The position numbers were made by a program, and so were the translations under genes. Shown piece after piece: positions 1 through 28,366 of a stretch of DNA of 64,000 nt; positions within the stretch are counted from its first letter, which is position 1, and the number at the start of each line of letters is the position of its first letter. The DNA is from Chrysomallon squamiferum (lineage: Eukaryota; Animalia; Mollusca): the NCBI GenBank assembly GCA_012295275.1, contig CM022675.1:12648001-12712000 (forward strand), read 5' to 3'. The notes beneath the pieces were generated by a model. That model was given only the letters and a program-made list of their open reading frames with translations. It did not search any database and was not told the origin of the DNA.

Positions 1-533
1 ATTTATTGATACAATCGCAATTAATTATTAGCAGAAAGTACATTAAAAAGGATTGATCTTCCAATCCATCATGTCTCAAGCAAGCACTATAAATAGACCC
101 ATTCTTCTGACAATATTTTGATGTTTGACACAATAATGGAATGTTTTGAGAGACTATCATGTATACTGCTTAAAAAGTACATTAATAAGTCAGAAGGCTG
201 GAGTTTTCAAAAACTGAATTGTCCTCGGTTTTTTTCATTACCAATCTATGTTATAAACTTATGGTTTGAATATCATTTCTTGCTGATAGATAAAAGAATA
301 TTATGGTTTTGAAAAAAAGAAATTCTTAAAAAATGTTAATTTTAATTGCCACAGAGCTAGGACTCTTGTAGACATCCTGTAAAGGTTTTATAGACTGATT
401 TCCTAAACTGCTAAAGAAAGAGACTGCTTCACTTTCAGAACTTTGTTTAAAAGATTTGATACAGTATACCTAAATTTGGTGACAATAAAAATAAATTTGT
501 CTTTTTACTTAATTTTTTTTTAATTTCATTTAG

Positions 534-3500
534 GACTTCAAGTAAAGAATCATCAGAACTTCTTGAAAAAGAGATATTATTGATGATAAAGGACTGTGCT
601 AATAAAATACAGCAAGCTATTTCAAATCACCAAGAATCCATATATAAAATTCTTAAGAGAAATCATTATGAAAGAGCAGCAACAAAACTGATGTCATTTT
701 GTCCTAAAACGATTCTAAAACATGTAAGTAGTAATAACTAGGTAAATAAATAAATTGGGGTTTACATATTTTAATTATTTTATGTACATGTGTTTAAAGA
801 TTATGTAATTTATTTATTTACATTCATTTTATAATAATTAAAAATCATTATTTTCAGTTTACTGATGATGCTAAAGCATTAACTGAAAGTGTAATGAAAA
901 ACACTTGTGATTGTAAGTGATTTCGTTTTTTTCACAATAACTAAGAAAATGCTTACTTTTTCATTTCAGTTGTTGTGATGTCTTAGAAATGGAAACAGAA
1001 ACCTGTAATAAAATTTTGAGATAATTAGACACTAATAGCAATTTTACTAGTATTTCTGCAAATAGTAGCATACTGGTAGACAGACAGTAATGTTTTCTAT
1101 GTCCTTGTTTCAAAAAAAGATTTAATAATGAGCTCTTTTTATTAACTTCAATGATCTGCATTCTTTATTTCATGTGACCATATTTATTATTATTGCTGTT
1201 ATTACTATTATTCAGTTTTCTTAAAAGATTTTTTTTTTTTTTTTTTTTTAGAAGAAATAGAAAAAACAAAAGTAGAGGGAAATATATATATGTGTGTTAC
1301 ATTCAATATGTCAAACTAGTCATCTGGCCTAATGACTACAATTTCCAGGAATTAGGCCAAACAACTGAAATAGACCTCTAGTCATTAGACAGAATGACTG
1401 AATGAAAAAGAAAGACTTGCAGTTGCATGAAATCATTTATTTTGAAACACATCCAGTTGTGTTTTATTTATTACAGCAGTCCAAACTTGAGTGACATCTT
1501 GAATTGCACAAAAGATTGTTCTTGAAATATTTACAATGTTTTGTTTGACACAGTTGCACTTCACATACACTTTGACACTGTATCCAACAATAGCAGTCTC
1601 TGGGGACACACATCAGACTGGTTCCTGCAGTCTTTGCCTTTCAGAATTCCGAAACAGATCTAAGCAAAGCATTAAACCTATTTCACTGTTGGTATTAAAA
1701 TCATTGGTCTTTGATGTAAGAATAACACAACAATAAGGCAGCATATGCCCTGAAAAAGAGTGTAATTAATCTGTCTTTAAATTATATTTATCTGTTGTCA
1801 TTGTTTGATACATATGTAACTAGTGTGCTGCTTTATGGTAGTGAGATATGGGGTTTTCAAAAAGCATATGTTATTGTGAAAATTCACTTAGATTTTTGTA
1901 AAAATATTTTAAATGTTAAAAGGTCAACCACAGATATTATGGTTCTGTTATGAATTAGGTAGATTCCCATTTTGTTTTGGTGATTGTACTTATTGAAGGA
2001 TTAAATATTGGTTGAAATTCCTAATTCCTGGAAATTTTAGTCTGATGGTCTTGGGTGTTAGGCTAAATGCCTAAACGTTTTAGGCACTAAACCAAATGAC
2101 TAGTTTGACATATTGACTGTAATATATATATACAGATATAGATATATATAATATTTGATTTAAAACTGTAGACCTTGACTGTGTGGAGAATGCTATTGTG
2201 ATTCATTTTGACAATGGAAGTGAAGAAGAACAATCTAAACAAACCCAGGACTTGAATGAAAAGTCATTATCACTAAGCAGAAACATTGACATAGGGAATG
2301 AGGTACTTAACTGTGTTTTAACAAGGCTTGATATGAAAGTGCATGTCTGGTGTAAAACAAATAGCTTAAACACTACGATTTATTTATTTCTTTTATGGTC
2401 AGCATCTGATAGTGCTAAAATCGGACAACAAAATAACATGGCATTTTCTCTCTTTTTACTCTTGTATAGAAAAAACATACAGATATCTTGCATAATTGAG
2501 AACATAGCTCAAATTTTGGGGAGTCATTTTTGTTTGATTATTAATTATTATTAATATATATATATTTTTGGGGGTTTATATTAATGATATTCCAGTAAAA
2601 GTAAATGTTTCAGCAGTGCAGATCTTCAACAGGTTATTGTTGTTTTCTATCCAACATAATTTTTAATAATATAAACTGAAGAAGAAAAAATTACAAACCA
2701 TACATTCAGGTTATGTTTAGTGAATGAACTTGGACATGTTCTGAACTAATTTTGTGTCAAAATTCCTTTGTCAGCTTTTGGTTTTACATCTAAGGTTTAT
2801 TCTGTTGCAAATTTCTATCACTCAGTGAATTTAGAAATAGCTCCAATAAGTCTTAGCAGAGAGAGTTGAAATACCAGATTTATTTTCTCTTATTTTTGAA
2901 ACTAATATTCAGTAAACATGCTCTGTTGTTATTTTATTTTATTTTATTATTATTTTCTCAAACTTTATTGTTATTTCACGATTATTATAGTTTTCATTTA
3001 TTGAACTTGTAATTACAGTCATCTAAAAATGATTTTTGTGTTTATTTTGAATTTGTTTTCTAAAAATATGATTTTTGTATTCTATTCTTAAAAATTGAAA
3101 TTGTCCAAAAACTGGTTTATGCTTTAACAAATTATATATTTTTTCATAGTTGTCCTCTGAGGAAAAGAATGAAAATGTAGATGCAATCTATAAGGGGCTG
3201 AGAAACCGAACAATCACCAGAGAGTTACATGATGTATAATATGTTTTTATATGAATAATTTTGTTCTCACTTTTCTGGCATCAGCTGTTTATATGTTACT
3301 GTCACTCTTTTTCAATGTCACTTTTTATATCACTTAAGCTTTCAGTGACTGTCACTGTATAGATATCTCAGACAGAATTACTGTCAGTTTGTATATCTCT
3401 TACACACTGTCACTTTATGTATCACTATCAGTCTTTGTATTTGTAATTTTCTTATTCTGTTTTTCTCATTGTCACTTTGTATGCCATAGATGCACATTCA

Positions 3501-6500
3501 TTATCACTTTAAATATTACTTACATACAGTCATTTTTTAAAAGTCACTTTCTGACTACAGATGCATTCTCTAATCTCTCTCTCTCACCACACACACACAC
3601 GCACACTCATTGCTATACACTTACAGACTATATGTAGTTTAATGGTCTCACTTAATACATTACATCTGACAAATCCAACATTTAAATAACAAATGCATTA
3701 ACAAATATTTAATATGTTAGAATAATGACATATTTCTTTTTCCTTTTCTTCTTATTTAAACATAAAGATTGGAATAAAGCTGACTAATAACCCCAAGATA
3801 ATGACAGATCACAGGTTTCTGAGAACAATAAATAAACTAATTTTATCTCGTGCCATGCAGATTAAAAGGACAGTGGTTAGAATTAAAAGTAAGAAGGTTA
3901 ATTAGTCTCAAAATAATGTCTCAGTTTTATTTACATAATATTAGAAGTGATTTTTTTTTTTGTTATTAATTAGGATAGTAATAGAAAATAATTTCACATA
4001 TGTTGATGCCAGACATAATTATGTAAAAACCGCCAAGTACAGACATACATTTTTTTAGACTTGATATGTGTGATATTATATCTCATAGTAATGACATACA
4101 AGGATGAAGCAGAGTAATAGATAATGTATTTACAAAGAACAATAAATAATATGTTACAAAGAAGAAAAATATCAAATAATATGTTATGAACAACAATAAT
4201 AAATGATGTATTACAAAGAACATTAAATAATATGTTACAAAGAAGAAAAATATTAAATATGTTATGAACAACAATAATAAATGATGTATTATGAAGAACA
4301 GTAATACATAATAAATTACAAAGAACACAAAAACACTTTATTTCATTATTTACCATTTTACAACAGTACTTGAAATACCTTATTTAACTAAAAAAAATAA
4401 TAATTATAATTTTATTACATATTTTTTTTATTAGATAAGAAAGTCAGGAAAAGTTGCACAGAAGACGGTGAGAAACTAAGCTGGAATAAACTGTTAGAGA
4501 TGTATAAATATTTAGATGCTGCCAGTTTAAATCTGTACTTTGGTTATTCAACAAAAGATGAAGAATATGAAAAACTTAAAACCACGAAAAGCAACATAAT
4601 GGATTCAGTGTACATGATGTAAGTAATGCTGTAAATATATTATTTGAATTTATGACAGTTTCAGAACAAATAACAACTACTTTTGATACGGCCAAGCAAT
4701 AAAGAAAGAAACAGCCTGGTTTCAGTGGATGTCAATTAATCTGTTACTTGTGAGGCCTACAGAGGAACCAGATGTGTTGAACTTTTTGAACTAAACAGCA
4801 TATAACTACTACCTATTGCTCACTGCTCTGAAACATAATAAACCTAGAGAGATGTAACTTACGAACAAAGTGGACTTCTTCTGAAGGTATTTTACGTATG
4901 AAACAGAAGTAGACAAGGTAAAATGTGTGAGAAGTGGACCCAGATTCGTAGAAATAAGAAAACAAAAACTAATAGACAGTTTTGTAATATATTTTATTCA
5001 CATCCATGTCAAACAGGAGGATACAGTTGAGATTTTGACATCAGTAATTAGTTATTTGAAAATATTTTCTAGTTATCTTATGTTTTCTTCTTATTGTCTT
5101 TATACAAATATATGTTGACCTGTGAACTATAATGGTGACATTTATCACACAGTATTCCTGCTGTCTGAATCAACATACATAAAACAATGCAGTTGTGAAA
5201 GGCTAATATTCCTGCTACAAAAATAATTTGTTAAAGAAGACTATTCCCCTTCTGAACATTCTTTAAAAGCATTTATAGCATAATAAATTCATAATTTACT
5301 TTTTTGTTTTTTTAGATTTTACAATGCTAGCTCTCATTTTGATGTTCATATACTATATATACAGTATTGACAGTAGTGGTAGATATGTTGCTACTAGTAG
5401 TAGCTGATAGAATTTTTCCTGTTTACCAAACTATATACATTATATTTCATATGCTATGTATTATTTTTCTATTAGTTCTGCAATGTAAACTTAATGAATT
5501 TGCATTATTATATCACTACCAGCTTTTGTTTTTGAAGGCTTGGTGAAATATTTCAAGAAGCTGGAGTAGATGTTACCTTTCCAAAGTCAGGATCACATGC
5601 TGAATTTCATGAGTCAAGTTATTTCCTCTGCTTCAATATCCACATTTGCAACACAAAGGTCTTCAACAAACCAAGACCATAATCCAACTATTGGGCTGAC
5701 AGGGCTACACATTCGACCAATACAAGTCACTTTTCCAACAAAAAAGGTAAGGGTATTTGAAAATGAGTTGGTTTAGGTGTAATCATTGAACCACACAGTA
5801 TTTTGTGATGTTACATTGTAATCATTGAACCACACAGTATTTTGTGATGTTACATTGTAAACATTGAACCACACAGTATTTTGTGATGTTACACTAAACA
5901 TTGAACCGCACAGTATTTTGTGATGTTACATTGTAATCATTGAACCACACAGTATTTTGTGATGTTACACTGTAAACATTGAACCACACAGTATTTTGTG
6001 ATGTTACACTGTAAACATTGAACCACACAGTATTTTGTGATGTTACTCTGTAAACATTGAACCTTGCAGTATTGTGTGATGTTACACTGTAAACATTGAA
6101 CCACACAGTATTTTGTGATGTTACTCTGTAAACATTGAACCTTGCAGTATTGTGTGATGTTACACTGTAAACATTTTGAACCACACAGTATTTTGTGATG
6201 TTACATTGTAAACATTGAACCAATATTTTGTGGTATGGTGCCTTCTCTCATTTGGAACTGAAATGTAAATGAGGTAAAACTAAGGAGGGTAAGAACCATG
6301 TAGCTCAGTTTTAATGGTTTTAACTTGTATTAGAAACAAAGTTAATGTTTCAGTCAGTAATCATTAAGCACCTTGATGTTAAATGTTTTATTTTTAGCTT
6401 CAAGTTTCAGTGAATGTACCTTCATATACAAGAAAATCAAAGGAAATGCGTCATGGAAAGTAAGAGTTTAATTTTATCACTGTATTCAGGTAGTAAAATA

Positions 6501-6993
6501 AACTGTTTTGTAGAGAGAACATAAAAAGTTGTAAGTATAATGGCATTCCTAATAAACCATAAACTTAATAAAATGAACTTCAGTGGATTTAAATGTTGAG
6601 AAATGAAAGTAACAAAAATTAAATTAATTATTAATTGGTATCTCCTAATTAATAAGCATGTAATGCATGACTATTTGCAGTATCACTTTATCCACAATGT
6701 GTGTTGTTTCACATTCAGAGACAGGCCCCTCACAGTAATAATTATTAATATAACAACATATTAAAACAATGATAAATGCTTGGGATTTTGGGGATGATTT
6801 TCTTTCTGCTTTTTTCTCTTCCTTCCTTCAATCTTTTTCTTTTTTAAAATGTTTTAGTTATATTTTTGTTTATTATTATTTTTTTGGATTCACTGTTGAT
6901 TACTAATATATGAAAAAATGCAGATTTTTAAATTTTCGAATGATTTGTAATTTGTCTTGCAGACGGATTCTACCAATCACCAGCTGGATGTAA
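534..6993 (+). CDS. 3' part of an unidentified multi-exon protein-coding gene; the 5' end probably lies upstream of the window
   Basis: AG/GT-bounded open exons: 534-723 (TSSKESSELLEKEILLMIKDCANKIQQAISNHQESIYKILKRNHYERAATKLMSFCPKTILKH), 858-912, 2172-2302 (LDCVENAIVIHFDNGSEEEQ...), 3150-3233 (LSSEEKNENVDAIYKGLRNRTITRELHD), 4435-4618 (KKVRKSCTEDGEKLSWNKLLEMYKYLDAASLNLYFGY...), 5538-5746, 6398-6459, 6963-6993 (RILPITSWM*). Some phases do not join cleanly (missing small exons or indels). Family not recognised. Confidence 0.55.
1745..2020 (+). mobile_element. Degenerate non-LTR retrotransposon (LINE) fragment, region C-terminal to the RT core
   Basis: From 1801 reads LFDTYVTSVLLYGSEIWGFQKAYVIVKIHLDFCKNILNVKRSTTDIMV(frameshift)YELGRFP...IKYWLK. 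This matches the YG.E.WG...F.K.IL.V..ST...YGELGR.P pattern of LINE ORF2. Confidence 0.75.
4125..4330. repeat. Degenerate AT-rich minisatellite
   Basis: Recurrent acaaagaa(c/g)aataaataatatgtt and atgaacaacaataataaatgatgtatt blocks. Confidence 0.7.
5778..6232. repeat. 39-bp minisatellite, ~11-12 copies (intronic)
   Basis: Unit tgtaaacattgaaccacacagtattttgtgatgttacac in tandem with few variants. Confidence 0.95.
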
Positions 6994-8918
6994 ACCTGAC
7001 CAAGCTGAACAAGTGTTTATAATCAGTGGAATAACACATCCATCCAACTAAAATACACAACAGCAGCTCATATTACAAACAGTTATTGCTATCTAAACTG
7101 CAAATAATGTGAATAGTAAACTGTTGTGAATGACATAATACCATCTTGTTTCTAGAGAAAGTTTTAAAGTAATGTTTACTGACATACTGTCACTTTGTTT
7201 CCAGAAAATATTAAAAAGAAAACTGTTTATGAATGAGAGAACATTATTTTGTTATTAGTATAAATTAGAATAAACTGTTTAGGATAGGTCTTATTCTTTT
7301 CATTGATAAATTTTCTTTATTTAATACAAACTGAGAGAACTGATTAAAAAAAAAAAAAAATACAAATAAATAATTAAATAAAAATTATATACTAAATTAA
7401 AATAATAATAAAACAGTAAATGAAAATACATTTTTAAAAGGAAATAGTTTTCTCTAAATTAATATTCTTACACGTAATACAGCTGCATGGATGTTTTTTT
7501 GCATGTATTTATCATGTTTAATCATCAAACAATTTAATCTTTTTTATTTCAGCATTTTTCCATTTCTTACCTGCTGTTTTTTCATCTTGAGGTAGATTCC
7601 CTGTATCTTTAAATTTAAAAAAAAAGCCTTTTTTCTGTCAGTCTTTCAGATCACATACAATTAATTTTTTATTTATTTATTGTGTATATATAAAAGAAAA
7701 AGTTTAATTTTTTATCTCAGGGAATACCACATAACAGCTTTATTACTCATAATTATATATTTTTATTTTTATTTATTTTACCGTCATATATAGATACAGA
7801 TATATAGTGTTAATTTATATACAGTTTTAATGTAACATTTTACATTTGCATGAAATCATGTTAACCTGTTTTATAGTAATTATTTATATTCGGTTTTGTA
7901 CTAAATATTTGGTAAATATTTGCTATTAATAATGCATACTTATGTATGATTTTATAGAGTTTTTGATATTTTTTTTTTTACTTCACATAACATTTAGAAA
8001 AAAAAATTACTACTAATAATATTAAAGAAAATAAAAATTACAGAAAGAAATAAAATTTATTTTTATTTTGTTTATTCAAGTCATTTATCACAGCCAACCA
8101 CAAAACAAATCCAACAACATTCTTTACTATTTAACATCTCAGTAAAAAGCAAGAATATGTACAGCAGATACTCAGTTTAATAGAACAAGATACTTGAAGG
8201 GATCTCTTACACTGAAAGTGTTTTAAAATATACATCATTCCATGTGAAATCACTCAATAAAATTGATTTTGACAAAAAATTGATACACAAATTTGGTTTA
8301 GTCAGAAGCACCAAAATTATCATAATTACAATATCTGAGTATTTAAAATAAAAAAAAGTGGTTATAAATATGTAACATTTTAAAATACAGCTGTGTTTTA
8401 ATTGGAGCATTATTAATAATTAATACACATAACATTTAATGAAAACTAGGCATAAATAATACAAAATTACTAATATTTAAAGTGTATGGTACAAACAGCT
8501 GGAATACATTTGTTATAGCTCACTGATGCATTTATTAGTCATGACTAATCTTTGCTAAAAATAAAGCATGACCAATAAAATAATAAAATGCTTGGAAGCT
8601 GAAATTGTTTCCTTCAGGTAATAATAACTTGGAAAAGATAAGAGTTCTAATTCTGTGAATGTTTTTCTATTTACATTACAGTACAGCTATAAAACATCTG
8701 TTTTACAATAAAAATATATTTCTTTAACATAAAGAGAAAAAATAAATGTATTTTATATTGTACAGAACAACAGTAAACAATATATTGCAAAGAGAAAAAA
8801 AAAAAAAAAAATAAATAAATATAAATTAGAAAGAACAACAATAAAGGATATACAAGAAAAAATAACAATAAATGATACATTATGAAGAACAGTAAATGAT
8901 ATGAATAATAATATATAT

Positions 8919-23654
<14,736 letters not shown>

Positions 23655-23949
23655 CGCGTGATGTACCTATTACAGAAAACTCACATGTAAGATACATATG
23701 ACAAAAGAAGAATCATGAATTCATGTATAAGATAAATCTGACAACAGATATTTCACGAATTCACGTATAAGATGTCTGACTTTTTAGATTTTTCACCAGT
23801 TTACCTATGTTTTTAACTTGACGTTATTCATTTCAAATATTGCTGTGTATTATTTTATCATACGCTGCAGCAGAATCTATGTGAACCAGCATTAGGTGTT
23901 CTAGTCAGAATAGTAATATATGTTATGAGAAGAAAGATGGGTAACAGGG

Positions 23950-24600
23950 TTGGTGCATATCGATTTGACTTTTTCAATAATTGTTCTTGTTACAAGTAAC
24001 ACCCACAGTTCTCCAAGCAGACACAAATCATCAATAGGGATCATGTTCCATTCCTCATTTTATTCAGCCAAGATGACATGAGTGGAAGGCAAGTCTTAAG
24101 ACATACAGTGTTGTGGTGTTCTGTTGCTGCCAGTGTGCTATGACCAGTAGAATCCAGTGAACACAGGTGATGTTCTCCTCAAAAACAAAATGGAGTCCAG
24201 CCTGATGTACTGATGTCCAAGGATGCTGTCACTAACGCAGCTCATTGACCTTCCAATGAAAATTTGCAGATGACAGTCCTGGTGATGTCACTCCAGACCA
24301 TGAGACTGACCCTTGACCAAGCACTGACACTGAGGTAGCCTTCACTGAAACGTTCTCATCTGTCGTGGTGGTCTAGAATAAATCTGGTCTTGTTGAAAAA
24401 CATGACCCGAGCCCAGTGTCTCTGAGGTTTATATGCACAATACACACACCACTGAGATCTGGTAACATGTCTGGCAATCAGATGAGTAACAAATGTGTGT
24501 GTGAATGTGACTTCTATGCAGCCTGGAAAGAGTATGCCTGACCAGACACTTGTAACATGGAGTTTCTCTTGTGAGTGGCTCACTGGCATCAATTCATCAA
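23950..24600 (-). mobile_element. Decayed Tc1/mariner transposase fragment
   Basis: Minus strand reads ...RHWARVMFFNKTRFILDHHDR..ERFS..SLMVWSDI.. and later EEWNMIPIDD. These echo the Tc1 motifs W..V.FSDESRF.L...DGR, S.MVWG.I and EEW..IP. Many stops and frameshifts. Confidence 0.65.
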
Positions 24601-25569
24601 TTTAAATTCCAATGATACAATACTAAATTGCCATCATGGCCCTTGGCTCTGGTTATACATTTCTTTCTTTCTTTCTTTCTTATTAATTTAAAAGATACTA
24701 ACAGATTAAAATAAAAGATGTCTTCTTTTTTCAACCAGTAGAAAGGGATCTATTAAGGAAGTGACTACTCTGGTCTTTGTAGCAAGTAACAAGAACAATG
24801 ATAGGTATATCTAATAATACCTAAAGTACATAACATACACAGTGAATGTTATCAGGATAAATAAATGAACAATTGTTTAGCAAAATCTAAAAAGCACGTG
24901 TGTGTTCTTGTCTGTGTGTGTATGTGTCTGTGTGCGTGCATGTATTTGAGTGTGAGTCTATAAAATGGTAACATTTAAGAGAAAATTAATTAATTTTGCA
25001 CTGTCACAATTTTCATAGATTAACAGGCAGGTGTGTCTTTTTTATCACATTCTGTACCAGAAGTAAAAAACATACCAACACCTTTGTTATCTAGTCACCG
25101 AGTACAGCTTAGAATGAGAAATATCCAAAAGTGCACACCAAGAGGGTTTGATCTAGCAATCTATCCGGTTTCACACAATTTTATTTCTTAAAACTCGGTT
25201 AACACTAACACGTGCTTTAAATAATATTAAAAAATTGAATAATTATATACAACGTAATGAGAATCATATTCGGATAGTTATGATTAAGAAATATCTGATC
25301 AGTGAACAATAAATTCTGACATAACGAATAAGAAATATCTGATGAAATGAATATCTAAATAAAATAATATACTAAAGGATAAGAAATATTTGAATATGAA
25401 ATAACTTATAATCAGAAACAAATATCTGATAAGTATTATTTTATATGTTGAACAAGAAATTTCTGCTAAAATTAAGAAATGTGTGACAAAATGAATATTA
25501 AATATTTGATGTATAAAATTATGATTAGAATAATTAATTAAGTAAAACAATAGATTCCAATCATCATAC

Positions 25570-25650
25570 CTGTAGACTGTTTTCTTTCCAGTTATTCTTC
25601 CAACAACCTTTTCTGCTTTCTCTGAACCGAGTGATGTTGGCAATATATTC
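25570..25650 (-). other. Probable 5'-UTR exon of the receptor GC
   Basis: Ends in ...gtctacag|gtatga at 25570; a matching acceptor (ttttctgtaatag) lies just upstream of the GC ATG (~23667). The exon start is uncertain. Confidence 0.4.
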
Positions 25651-28366
25651 CTTTATTTAAATCTCAGCTTTTAATCTCCAAATTAATTAACTTACACATC
25701 TCCAGTGACCAACACCTGGGGTGTGTGCCAGATTAACATGAATTTAATTTACATCATGTCTGGTCATGTAATCAATTTAAGCTGAATTTTATGTAATAAT
25801 AATATTGATTACAATGCAACATTAAACACCATCTTCATTTCTGAGAATTTAACTGAGTTAGCATTAGCATTTACAGTGAAATGAATAAAGTGACATAAAA
25901 TAAAATAAAATAAACAAACAAACAAAACAAACATTAGTAAATAACGTGATCTTATTGAAGACTAATTGACAGCTTGTTTATTTATTAATTTTTATATCTA
26001 CCTATGGTTAAAATCTACTTCTCGTGATATGAAGAAACTGTTTAAATACACCACAAACTTCCAAATTATGCTTTATTTGTTTATTCCTTTGACATACAGT
26101 ATTTATTAACAACAAATACAAGAAAAGAGTTCATTAAACAACCTGGAAGCCACCATTTTTTAATTTTTTAATAATAATAATAATAATAATAATAAAGATG
26201 ATGATAATTATTTTTAAAATCTTTGTAAATTAATTAATGCATGCAGTATACATAATAAAGTCATGATTTAAGAGGTGAATGCAGGGTTCGTACATCTTGG
26301 GATGTCAAAATTTCCATAACCCACAAATCTAGATTTCCAAAACCATTTCCACACAAACTAGATCATAACAAAGTGGGGTTTTATTTTTTTGCAGTTTTTA
26401 GACTGTTTGTTTGTTAAAACTTTTGCCTTGACTAAGCTGCATGGTATATACATAGGACTACTAGTAATAAAAATATTAATGTAATTTATTTTGGCGTTTT
26501 AAAATGCAGTTTTTTCCTTGCAGTGGACTTGACTGTGATAAATAAGGCAGATTGCCAGAAGTATGAAACAGAAATATTTCTTCACAAAATGTTCCTTTCT
26601 TCTTATTCCATTAATAAGCTATATCTTTAAAATACCTCAAATCCTACTCCTTATGGGTTTGTGGTCTGAATTATCAGTTGGAATTTTATTATTTTACAAT
26701 TTACAACCTCAATTTCAAGTGTGTTTTATAATTTATTTTTTTGCTTTCATAGTCTTCCTGAAACTATTAGATTTAGTCAAACCAGTGAGATTTCCTTTTC
26801 TCTCAGCAGATTCTGCCAGATAAAGACAGTGATTCAATTTCATTTTCTAACTGCTCGCTTTTTCTCGATTTCAATACACTGAGTACGTTCAGGCGTTTCC
26901 CCCTCTATATATCACTCTAAACCCAACAATAAAATGAAAAATAAAACTTGCACAACTGTCCATTCAAATATTACACAACACTGTTCTTGTCATAATTAAA
27001 CACCCACCACCCACACTTATAACACTAGACTATACAAAATGTAAGATAACACTCAAAGTGCCCCCCCCCAGCAACACATAAACAAGGCAATGTAGCAGTG
27101 TTTATTGCTGCAAGCATCACCTACTGTTGATAATTAAACAGAATTAAAAACTGGAAAACATGAAACGAAATACAGTTGTTTTTAGCAATACATGACTCCC
27201 ATACAAGTACAAATATCTTGAGTTAATCTTTTGGGATCAACGGAAACACTACCCAAATGGAACCATTTTCTTTGGTTAGGCTATAATGACATCTCATTAC
27301 ATTGGCTACAACAGGGTGTTGGGTCGGGGCTAAATATTTGTAAAACAAACCAGTTTTCATTTTATTTACATCAAGGACAATTTTCCAAAACTTTTAAGGT
27401 CCTGGAAAAAAACTGATGAATTTCCATAATTTCCAAGATTTTCTGAAACACTTATGAACCCTAAAAAAAACCTTGCTATTAGTAATCCTCTCCTACTTGC
27501 AATCATTATTGATTACTTCAAATCAAAGAAAAACAAATATATTATAATAAAAAAATGTATTATATCAATCCTTCCACTTCCCCAACATCCTGGTATTGTT
27601 GGAAGGTTGAAAATTCCTTATTACAAGTTATGATGATATTAACAATAATATCATATTCAACCAATGTAACTGATTTTAAAAAGATAAAACAAAATGTTTT
27701 GTTGCAAAGTTATAGTTCATATATTGGAACATCAAGCATGTTGATTGGTGTATGAGACAATAAGCTAAGCATTCTAAAGATATTTTAAAGATAGCATCTA
27801 GTTTCACAAACCACATTTCAATAAAACCATCAATAAATAATTTTCTATTTCATTTGCTAAATTATTTATAACTGTTTATAGTTAGAGAAGTACAAACTAG
27901 ATTTTTTCTTGTTATTCTGAGGAAATGTCTCATAGAAAGCATGCAAAGTTGGTTAAATGATGTTGTTTTTTTTGTCTTTTTTTTTAAATTGTAATATTCT
28001 CCCATCTTCCATTTGGGTACTGCCCAACATACTGCTGCTTTAAGTGCAGAGTTACAAGATGAATTAGAATCTGTACAAAAAGTGACTGTTTTTGTTGACA
28101 AGGATGTGCCTTCACAAGTCAATTTCTTTAAATTTCTTAATTACTGACCAAACAAAATTTGCTCCTGGTAAATCCACTATTCATGTAAAACAAAATTAGA
28201 GGAAACACTGTCAATGTTGTTCAATCTTAACACTGCCCATAAAGTTGGCCTGAAGAAATGTTTTAGCCCAAGAATTAACAATATTTACGTCAGCACATCT
28301 ATCAGTCTGTGTTGTCATAATTTCTACATTTCTGTCATTAGCTGCTAGGTGTAAAACATAATTATT

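Noticed and set aside
5778-6232. 39-bp periodic array and ORF 5894-6223; possible CRISPR or repeat protein
   Set aside because: Units are contiguous with no unique spacers, there are no cas genes, and it lies in a eukaryotic intron.
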